From: Setoptus koraiensis
Lineage: Eukaryota > Animalia > Arthropoda
DNA length: 64,000 nt
NCBI GenBank assembly: GCA_048013815.1
Contig: CM106585.1
Coordinates: forward strand, 2,108,001-2,172,000
Reading direction: 5' to 3'
Below are positions 12,825 through 22,400 of this stretch, in pieces. The notes beneath the pieces are model-generated. The model was given only the letters and a program-made list of their open reading frames with translations, had not been told where the DNA came from and made no database searches. Position 1 is the first letter of the stretch; each line of letters begins with the position of its first letter. The translations under genes and the position numbers were made by a program.

Positions 12825-14255
12825 CTATTCTGGTTTAGGTAAATCTTCAGCTACTAACTCTAACAAGTGTTGGTTAGCCTTTCGATAATATTCAGCTTGG
12901 GCTCGTATGAAGTTCTTCAAGTATGTCACATGCTCATTAGTAGAGCTGATAACTTTCTCACAAATAGTAGATACTAGAGCCACTTGACGATCGAACTCTC
13001 CCTGAGCGTTACGAAGTTCATGTTCAGCCTGTACAGTATTGAATAAGGATTATGTCGAAAATTAGTTAGATCATGGGTACATATGTGATCGTGAATTTTT
13101 GCTTTCACAGCGATCATATCACAAACATAGAACAGTTTTATCAGTTAGCTAGAAACAGCAATATAGAGAGACGTATTATATGGGGTAAGCTTTACCTCTT
13201 GTATTTCTTTGACTATCTGATCAAAAGTTTGCTGATGTTGTTAGTGAGTATAGTATATGTAGCAAGTTTAGTAAAAACATTTTTGGATTGAGATCACAGT
13301 GAGATGTGAGTGAAGAACAATTACATGAAGTCCAGAGAAGTAGAGCAAGATGAACTAAACACAAAGCCTACGTGTTTAGCAATAACAACTAAATGAATAC
13401 GTACATTTGTTGGATTTTCATTAGATCTGACTTTCTTATACTTGCTTTTGGCGGCGTCAAGATCTAACCGTTTAACTTCCAAAGAACGCCTTTCTCTCTG
13501 ATAATGGAAATATATTTATACGTTAGTAGATCGTTGTCAACATTATTGCATCGATTAGTCTAAGGGGTCAGTGATTTAAACCTGATACTTACTACAAGCG
13601 CTTTGACTTCATTATTGAGAAAAAATTTAAGTGGCCTGATGAAATCCATGTAAGCTTTTGCGACAAAATCACGTTCTTCTTGGCCCAGCTTCAATTGTAC
13701 TTGACCGGCGCTAATCAAGGCACTTCCATATACATCCCCTGGCGAGAGTTCGGTTCCGGCACTAACCATCTCACTACCCATTAGTTCCAGATTACGAAGT
13801 CTATCTTTTCGCTTGTCTGATTCGCCAAGCTTCTCCATCAAATAGTCTTCTACTCGATTACCTGTTCGCGTAACATGTCAGGAAATAAAGACAAAGTAGT
13901 TAGTACAGAGTAATCAATTATAAGATCATTAACACACAATAATGAGTTACATACTTGGATTAGGTTGCAACATTGACTCAGCTGATGCCACTATCTTCTC
14001 TGTCCATAGTTTAGTTTGGTCCGCACGCGTTAACAAATTCTCGAAATAGCCATCTAGTTCTGTTTTTTCACTTGTACCTAGTCGTTCCTCCGTGAACTGT
14101 AAACACAAGAAATTGCATAATGTTGCTTTTCAGTTCTCTACAACGACCTAGTATTATTATATTCATCAATGTGAGTCACTCACCTGTTTAGCTCTAGTCA
14201 GCGCTGTCGAGGCCTCGGCAGCAAAACCTTTGAGTCCCTTGAATGAGAAGTCCAT
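12825..14255 (-). CDS. EndoB: Endophilin B (N-BAR), 5 exons, ends without an SH3 domain
   Basis: Exons 14255-14184, 14096-13955, 13861-13593, ~13497-13405 and ~13028-12825 joined at GT-AG sites. Reads MDFSFKGLKGFAAEASTALTRAKQFTEERLGTSEKTELD...LQPNPSNRVED...YGSALI...RLDLDAAKSK...AEHELRNAQGEFDRQ...AQAEYYRKANQHLLELVAEDLPKPE*, typical of the SH3GLB BAR domain. Confidence 0.88.
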
Positions 14256-14348
14256 ATTTTTTTATCGTTGAGTGTATAATTCTATATCATCAGAAGAACA
14301 AGTTAGGACAGTTAATCTTCACACTATGATTGAATTTATCGGTGCACT

Positions 14349-14699
14349 ATGAGTTGTTTGTTTGATAATCTGCTTTCTCTTTCATATTTTTTTGATGAGT
14401 TGCTTACGCCAGGCAAGACACAAGTAATAGAAATTTCTAAATCAGCTGGTACATCTCATGTGCCACCTACTGACACTAGCGTGAGCAATCTGTTGTCAGA
14501 TTGCAAGATCGTTGCTCAATCGGGTCTTGTGACGGGACATCTACACCATCGAATGATATGTAGGCATGATATCAATGGTACCTTCCACCAACATAATTAT
14601 CTACAATCGATTGTCAGAGACACGATAAAGAGTGAAAATGGTCTATGTGTTTCCACATTAGATCGTTCAATCAGGGATATAATTTCCTCTAACAGTTGA
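14349..14699 (+). CDS. Uncharacterised 116-aa ORF
   Basis: ATG-initiated open frame in AT-rich DNA, divergent from EndoB. No recognisable motif. Confidence 0.25.
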   Translation: MSCLFDNLLSLSYFFDELLTPGKTQVIEISKSAGTSHVPPTDTSVSNLLSDCKIVAQSGLVTGHLHHRMICRHDINGTFHQHNYLQSIVRDTIKSENGLCVSTLDRSIRDIISSNS

Positions 14700-15102
14700 A
14701 AAGCAAGATATTACACACATATGGAGATGGTCTGAACAATGCAACCATCATTTATTTGTGAACGATACTCGTTATCTCTTTGAGGGAACTTAAATAAAAC
14801 ACAAAAATAACAACAATAAATTATCACTGCGGTGCAATCTCTAGAAAATTGATGGTTTAAATTTAGCGCATTGCATCAGCTGTAAACTCCGCTATCGCCG
14901 GGGGCACAGATACACATACAGTACAGTGTATACGATTTTAGTCTACACATGAGGGATTGACCACGAACCGTCAGAGTTTGCATCACATATATGCAAATTG
15001 GTAACTCGACACACTGAGTCATAACATGTGAAATTGACACAGCTAAGGCTTCACTTGCATAGATTATTAATGTAATGTAACTATTATAAAGAAGCCTCAA
15101 GA

Positions 15103-15618
15103 ATGCCTCGCTGCAATCTGACATTGAAACAAAAATGTCAGATAATAGCGCTGAAAGATAAACTACCGACGAAGGATCTAGCAAAAAAATTCCATGTTCA
15201 TCTGTCAACTATAAGCAGGATAATTAAAAATCAGCAGCAAATTCTCAATGTTGCCACCCGAATCAATCTAAATCACAAGAAAACCACAAGTTACGATTAT
15301 GAATTAGACGGGCTTGTTTTGGAATTCATCAAGACACATCAGGAGGAGTCTAAATCACTGAGTGTGAAAGACATTTGCGCAAAAGCTACGGAATTTTCAA
15401 CGACGCTTGGACGCCAGATTACTTGTAAGGGGTCCTGGTGGAGGAGGTTCAGGCAAAGATGCAAAATAATAAAAACTAGACAATCTACTAGTATTACCAA
15501 CAGCCGTAAAAGCAGTCAATCACAACAAAACAATGAAAATTCGGCTAAAAAGGAACCATCGTCGAAAGAGCGGTGTACCATATTCAAGATAAGAGAGGAG
15601 AGAATACCGAAATATTAA
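15103..15618 (+). CDS. CENP-B/Tigger(pogo)-type DNA-binding protein, two HTH domains, no DDE transposase domain
   Basis: psq-type HTH (LTLKQKCQII...KDLAKKFHVHLSTISRIIKN) followed by a CENP-B/Tc5-type HTH (ELDGLVLEFI...ICAKATEF...GSWWRRFRQR), then a short basic tail and stop. No flanking TIRs seen. Confidence 0.78.
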   Translation: MPRCNLTLKQKCQIIALKDKLPTKDLAKKFHVHLSTISRIIKNQQQILNVATRINLNHKKTTSYDYELDGLVLEFIKTHQEESKSLSVKDICAKATEFSTTLGRQITCKGSWWRRFRQRCKIIKTRQSTSITNSRKSSQSQQNNENSAKKEPSSKERCTIFKIREERIPKY

Positions 15619-15668
15619 ATAATTAATTAATAAAAGAATCAACTAAATACTGGAAATAACTATCGAGT

Positions 15669-15983
15669 TTATTCTTTAAATTTCCATTCTTGTCGACACA
15701 TTGGGCAATGCTGGTGAACATGCTGCTGATTCAACCATTTCATTATGCAATGAATGTGAAAACAGTGGCTGCATTTACCCCAAACTAATTGACAATCATC
15801 TCCTGGTATCTTACAATCTGTACAACAATCATCGAATGCATTCCTGCATATTCCGCAATCCTCATCTCTGGTTATCCATTTCCAAACTGCCACTCCAGTA
15901 AAGCTGTTTATATTGACTTTGAGGCTAGATGCTGGTAAAGAGGCGTCGAGACTCTTGGATTTGTTTTCTTTTTTGCCTTTCAT
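15669..15983 (-). CDS. ANAPC11: Anaphase-promoting complex subunit 11 (RING-H2)
   Basis: LKVNINSFTGVAVWKWITRDEDCGICRNAFDDCCTDCKIPGDDCQLVWGKCSHCFHIHCIMKWLNQQHVHQHCPMCRQEWKFKE closely follows APC11. ATG at 15983 gives a ~20-aa N-terminal extension. Confidence 0.95.
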   Translation of the reverse strand: MKGKKENKSKSLDASLPASSLKVNINSFTGVAVWKWITRDEDCGICRNAFDDCCTDCKIPGDDCQLVWGKCSHCFHIHCIMKWLNQQHVHQHCPMCRQEWKFKE

Positions 15984-16096
15984 TTTAATTTGAACAAAGT
16001 AGGGTTCACCCAATTACTAAAGTTGTCCAAATTCAAAAATCGAAAATACATTCAGAATATAGAATGTTTTCACTACAAAATAAAAACTTGAAGCGG

Positions 16097-16140
16097 ATTG
16101 GCTAATGACCGCCTTCATGCGCATGGCGCGTGAATTTGAA
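16097..16140. promoter_or_regulatory. CCAAT box plus CDE/CHR-like element upstream of APC11
   Basis: ATTGG at 16097-16101, GGCGCG at 16125-16130, 4-nt spacer, TTTGAA at 16135-16140. Confidence 0.5.
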
Positions 16141-16171
16141 AAATGATTTCGCGATGTAAACATCGTTCTAT

Positions 16172-17122
16172 TCATTTTTTCATTTCTTTTGAAGCAATCA
16201 CATAACGCTGTGGAACTGCCAAAGGTGGTGAATAGCCTTCAGTGTAAGTGGAATCTTCGAATGACACCATATAGTCATCTGAAGCGGTTTCGGGCGGTCT
16301 ATCAATTATTGCCCTATAGAAACAAGTGGTTTGTGGGTATAGGGCAAGAACGAGAGTGTCCTTGGGGAACAGGGCCTCTGGATTGGTGGCTGGGTTAGCT
16401 CTCATTGTTGGTAGTGGTATCACACGCCTCTTTCCTATTGTGTGTCGTTCTTTTTGCTCTTCGTCTATGTCATCAATCTCGTATTTAGCACAACCAGCCT
16501 GGTACTGTAGAACCTCACCCAAAACCCAAACTTTGCTGCCATCTCCATCCGGGCTTGGCACAAATGCGGCCACCATATCGCTTGCTTTGGCCACATACGA
16601 TGACTCAGCTGGCTTGCAACCGCAGAGAGGGGGCACTTCGTCGTCCCTAGTTTCGGGTATAAATAATGGTAAAGCTGATGCAGATTGTTGCAAGATTTTC
16701 ATCAGAGCACCTCGTCTCATGCCAATTTGTTGATTTTGGCCAATACCGTGACTAGCTAATAACTTCCTTTGTCTTTGTCTCAAATTTGATCTGATCGAGA
16801 CAACTAAGGATAAGGCATCTCTTAGAACCTTGGATTCTGAGTCGGCGTTTTGAATGGCGCTCTTATATAGAGAACGAAGTTTTTGCTTAAGGTAAGGCTT
16901 CACAGATTGTTCATTCTGAGTCCTTTCCTTAGTTTTTGTTATATTGTCAATATTATGTTCCGTTTGTGCATGTTCCTCCTCTGCTTGTTGTAGCAATTTA
17001 AAAAGCTCACTCAGTTTTTCGCTCATCAAAGGATCTGTTTTGATAGCCATGTGTTGCAAAATATTTACAGTTATGTATTTAATCAATTTGACCACTTGTG
17101 TTATCATGCAAAAACTGTTCAT
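16172..17122 (-). CDS. SGF29: SAGA-associated factor 29 (tandem Tudor)
   Basis: N-terminal coiled coil; MRRGALMKILQQSA..LPL; RRVIPLP..RANP...ALFPK..LVLALYPQTTCFYRA...FEDSTY..GYSPPL.VPQRYV. Confidence 0.95.
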   Translation of the reverse strand: MNSFCMITQVVKLIKYITVNILQHMAIKTDPLMSEKLSELFKLLQQAEEEHAQTEHNIDNITKTKERTQNEQSVKPYLKQKLRSLYKSAIQNADSESKVLRDALSLVVSIRSNLRQRQRKLLASHGIGQNQQIGMRRGALMKILQQSASALPLFIPETRDDEVPPLCGCKPAESSYVAKASDMVAAFVPSPDGDGSKVWVLGEVLQYQAGCAKYEIDDIDEEQKERHTIGKRRVIPLPTMRANPATNPEALFPKDTLVLALYPQTTCFYRAIIDRPPETASDDYMVSFEDSTYTEGYSPPLAVPQRYVIASKEMKK

Positions 17123-17577
17123 TTGAACAACGACATTTAAGTTGGTACACTAATATACATTGTTGATATTGATGATCTACTATAAATATAAAAAAAAGGT
17201 TTTGCAATCAGTTTTTTCTACCCATCATTGATATTGACAAGGATGTGTTGCAGAAAGATACAGATTTTGTTGAAAATAATGAACAGCTGTTCTTTCTCAC
17301 CTCGCTCGCTAGAGGGCCACTTTCTCTCTGTTCTCTATAATCTGTTCGAAATCACTGTGCCAAATTGTATTTACTGCGCTAAATCTTTGTCCTTCTGAGC
17401 AGATTATATATAGGTGAAAAATGGTAATGGTCAGCTAACTGTTGATTATTCTACTTCAAAGCCATTGAAACAAGAAAATTTTAATTTAATCCTATGTAGC
17501 ACTGTCAATCTTATTTAATAACATTTAGTATTTTCGATATCGTCCATTCAAACGCCGATAACAACATCTGTGGAAAC

Positions 17578-18231
17578 ATGAGACACGAGTTTGGACGTAA
17601 CACTAACAACGGTAACAACACTGATTTACAAAATGATGCCGACTCTGAGGGATGTAGGCGACAGTCAATGCTGAAATTAAATGATGTAAAAGTACCGCAA
17701 GGTGAAAATGAGAACGAATGGTTGGCCATCAACACATTTGATTTTTTCAATCAAGTTGGAATGCTCTACGGAATAATAGCAGAAAATTGCACTAACGATA
17801 CATGCCCGACAATGTCGGCTGGCACTGGTACTGAATATCGCTGGATAGATGTTGATGGAAGCCGAGGGCCTATTAAATACAACGCAAAACAGTATGTTAA
17901 TCATCTTATGAATTGGGTCGAACAGTGCCTGAACGACGAGAGATTATTTCCTACAAAGTGCGACCCCACTGATTTTCCTGATTTTCCCGATAATTTCAGA
18001 AATGAATGTAAGATCATCTTCAAACGTTTTTTTCGCGTCTATGCACATGTTTATCACCACCACATAGATCAAGTGAAAGATTTCAATGCCGATGCTCATA
18101 TGAATACTAGTTTTAGGCAATTTATATATTTTGTCAGAGAGTTCCAATTGATTGAAGATCGTGAATTAACACCACTCAATGATCTTATAGCAAAACTGTG
18201 TCCTATTCGACAAAACCAATCAACAAACTAA
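17578..18231 (+). CDS. MOB1/Mats-like kinase activator with divergent N-terminus
   Basis: PQGENENEWLAINTFDFFNQVGMLYG, CPTMSAG, LFPTK, KRFFRVYAHVYHHH, AHMNTSF..FIYFVREFQLI..REL.PL form a MOB core. FFNQ..MLYG is MOB1-type. The true start may lie in an upstream exon (frame open back to an AG at 17527-17528). Confidence 0.85.
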   Translation: MRHEFGRNTNNGNNTDLQNDADSEGCRRQSMLKLNDVKVPQGENENEWLAINTFDFFNQVGMLYGIIAENCTNDTCPTMSAGTGTEYRWIDVDGSRGPIKYNAKQYVNHLMNWVEQCLNDERLFPTKCDPTDFPDFPDNFRNECKIIFKRFFRVYAHVYHHHIDQVKDFNADAHMNTSFRQFIYFVREFQLIEDRELTPLNDLIAKLCPIRQNQSTN

Positions 18232-19426
18232 TAATGATATTTGAATAGCTGATAGACAAGCGAATAAATACATGTACAACTTATTTATCGAGTCCAATCT
18301 GTATGAATAAAGTCAGAAAACTGAGTAGGAGATTCAGAGAAACGTACTACTGAGAACATAATGAATATAGTTGAATAACTTCACGGTGATTTTAAGTTCC
18401 ACCGAAGCCAGGACAAAGTGTGCAAAACACAGCACGTGAAGCACATCGATGACAGATTATATCACTCTTGAAATGAGCACATTCTTAAAAGCACACAGCT
18501 CGAGCTGCCTCGAATAATCTAGCAACCTATAGTAAGCCGGTAGTATCCCAAAAATTTTCATTGACAGGGGCAACCATCGAAATATCAATGTTGTTCAACG
18601 AACGAATTCTCTGATGACATTGGTTGCGCGAGAAAACTTCTGGTAATTTGTGGTCTCAGTCTGTAAGCGTTATAAATTATATAAACTTCTTCTGTGGCGA
18701 ATAAAACGTGCCAGTCTAAGTTTTATCATTTATAATATGACAATAATAACAATTTAATAAAACAAAATATTTACGATTTACATTAATTATGTACAAATCA
18801 TTGCAATGATGATTTTCATGTTCATCTTTAAAAAGTGATGCATCCGATCTAACTATCAAATGTTCTAGAAGGTGCCTCTGGGTTGATAAACATGTGCCCG
18901 CGACGATATATGAAGTTATGTTTGAATTCATTTTGGTGAGATCATGTCTTTTTTCGTGTGTACAACGTATCCGCATTGTCGCTACTGAATAGAGTCGACG
19001 AGGCAAAGAACATTAACATCGACGAAGCCCTCAGTCATCGGTGATGAAATGTAGTATCGCATTTCTCCAATGAGTGTCAAGTGTCCATCATTTGCGAAGT
19101 GTGAAATTCATTTGGTATATCTCCAATTGTTTTGAAATAAGTGGCTTAAGAAACCTGATTACGTAGAGATATTTTGAGAAGATAGAAATGAGAAAGTTAT
19201 CGTCAACAAATTTATATTTATGAATCCATTTCAAAAGCTGGGTAATACTCTGTACTATGAAGTTAAAACTTTTTCAGTATAATACTTACCAGCTAAACGA
19301 TGAACTATATTGGCGCGGATATTGTGAGCAGTGCTCTCAGTCAGACTAATACGACTTAACGAGGCTTCACAAATCTAATTTGTTGGATTATATGGCAACT
19401 TAGAATTCTCACTGTTTCTAGTAGTT

Positions 19427-22400
19427 TTAGTACATTTTGTGACCATTTGTAAGTGTCATATCACTATAGTTATCAAAGTCACTGCTATTACTTAGTCCAT
19501 TATTACTAGATTGGAGATTTGCGCTGCTAGTTCCATTGTTAATGGAGAGATAGCAAGGTGGTTGTTGCTGTTGTTGTTGTTGTTGTTGTTGTTGTTGCTG
19601 CTGCTGCAATCTGAGGGTACGGGCGGGCGGTGGTGGTTGTTGCTGCATCTGCTGCTGCATGTGCTGCTTCAAATTGAGCTGCTGTTGATTGAGACGGGAT
19701 TCTCGAGGTTTGGGTACAATTAGATGAGGCCTCGATCCTTGAGGAACTGGGTTATCTAGTGATACGGTTCTGAAATGAGCTCCCGGCGATGGTTGCATAT
19801 TCGCTGACTTTCCTACAAGAACTCTGTTAGATCCGCCGAACGTCGTCGCCGTCGACGCGGTACTTATGCCGCTAACCGCAGATTGTTGACTTATAGCTGA
19901 CTGTAGAATCATAGGGTGCTGCGATCCAGACAGCTGATGATGATTACCAGTTGAAGAGCTTAAAGTCGATGCCATAAGATTTGTACTAAAATTGGATGCA
20001 TGGTTGACGTGTCCACCGTACATGAGATGGCTTGCACTTAATGTTGGTCCGTGGTCGCTACCATTGCATGCTGTGTTTGATTGAAGATCAGAATTCGACA
20101 TCGAAGATGCCTGAAGTTGACGCTGTTGGTCCATGTCGTGTTGATGACGCTGGAAATGATCGGGGTACTGTTGCTGTTGCATCTGATTGTTGAAAGAATT
20201 TTGTTGATGTTGTTGCTGCTGCTGCTGAGAAAGTAAACCAGATGTTGCAGCGGATAGTTGGGTGGGTGTTAGGCTGCTGTTCGATTGTAACATTTGTTTT
20301 AGATGTAACACTGAACTTTCACCACTTGGTGTATGTCTATGATGATAATAATGATGACTTCTTCCCATTGACCCGTTATGGGGATTTGTGTCAAGATTGC
20401 CAATGCTACCAGAATTACTTCGATGTCCAGTTGTGCCGGTATTGTAGAGGTAGCTAGGTTTTTTCTTTTCTCTTGAATTTATTTTCAAGAAACTGAAAGT
20501 TATGATAATCAGTATGATGATAAAGAAAGTGATAACCACTACGATACCTATAGACATTGGATCATTGGGAGGTATCGACGATTGAGGTTGATCAAGACTA
20601 TTCGTTGATATCACCAAATTGAGCGAAAGTGGTGGTTGATTGACACCATCGGATACTGATATCAACAGGTCGTAAGGAGAAACTTTCAACTTAGCGAATG
20701 GCTCCAACACGTAAATCTTGCCACTTTCCTTTTCTATCATAAAATGTCCATTGCATGAATAGCATGCAGTCATCGTGTATTCAAGAGACGAATTCAAATC
20801 TTGATCATAAACTATTCTGGATACGTCATAAATCATTGATCCAGAAGCCACACTGTCATTAAGAGCTAGATACATAACATTTTTGTATTCAGGCAGCAAC
20901 TGAGGCGGACAATCGTTGACATCCAATACAGATATCTCTACCACTATGAGATGGTTGCTGACTCTATTTTGGATTATTGTCACAATTTCCAGATTGTATT
21001 TATCCTGCTTTTCTCTATCAAGAAAACCATTCTCGGAGAGAGTCAGTTTACCTGTGTTGCTGTCAATAGTGAAAGGTCGATCAGTTTCGTTAACAAGAAG
21101 AAAGTTGCAACCTTCGGGACCTGATAGACTTAGGGATGAGTACTGGGAACTCGATCTCACTAGAGATGAAGGAGAATCCATCCTACCATGATGAGAAAGA
21201 CGCATAACCGGTGGCAACTCTGTTGGCCAGTAGGGTGAATCTGATTGAAAAGCTTGCTGATGCTCCATGCTAGAACCGAAGTCGCAATCTAGTTTAGTCA
21301 CTAAGAATCCGGGAGCTTCGTTTTCCTTGATTTCAAACCTTAATGGAGGATTCAATCCATTATGATCATTCAATCTATTTATAATGATGAATTGTATGTT
21401 AATATGCGTAGACAATTGTCCCCCATCTATCGCAGAAATACGAACTTTCTTAGTCATTTGGCTGTCGAAATATCTTTTAGCTCGAACTTGTCCAGTGGCC
21501 GAGTCTAATTGCAACAAATTAGTAATGTCTGAATATTCTGAATCCATTCTGTATGTAATAGTACTGTTAAACCCATAATCTGGATCAATGGCCTTAATAG
21601 TGCCTAATAATTGATTGGGTTCCAAAGAACCGATATGTACAATTGAGCTTGATGATACGAATTTTGGTGGATTATCATTAATATCATCTATCAAAATGTT
21701 AACATGTATTGTGTCGGTATTTCCAGCTCCATCTCGAGCTTCTAGAGATATCAAAACGCTGGTGGTATTTTCTCTATCTATCGATACTGCAGTTCTTAAT
21801 ATCCCTGTGTCGCTATCAATTTTGATTGGACAATCGAGACCTTTGCCTGGGTTGGGATCGTTCTGGGATTGATCCTGCTGCTGAAACGAATTTTCTAATT
21901 GGTGCTGACCGAAGGTTTCCTCTACGCATGAGGACACCTTGTATGTCAAAATATCGTGTTCGTCGCAATCCACAGCAGATACCGTTAGAATTTTACTGTT
22001 GATGGGTAAGTTCTCTGGGATGTTTATCGTTAGTGCTTGAGGTGACTTGAATTTGGGTGAACACTCGTTAACTTTCACAACCAAATATGCAGTTGAAGAT
22101 CGCGGCGGATTTCCGTGATCTCTTGCAACAATAGTGAGATTGTATTTGGACTGCTTGTGACGATCTAATTGACCATTGACTTGGATCATGTGTGAAAACT
22201 TAGTGCTAACCAGTTTGAAATGTCCATGCTCATTACCCTTCTCAATTGATATACTTGTTTCACCATTTTGGCCTTGATCGTCATCTATAACTGTCACTGC
22301 AGCAACTAGACTTCCATTTTGTGCTCGTTTCTCGTCGACTATTGCGAAGCCACTTTTGGAGAATGATTTAAATTCTATTCTAGGATCATGATGATTGTTG

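Noticed and set aside
18716-19006. 96-aa minus-strand ORF between MOB1 and Fat-like genes
   Set aside because: Non-ATG start, no motif; likely 3' UTR or intergenic.
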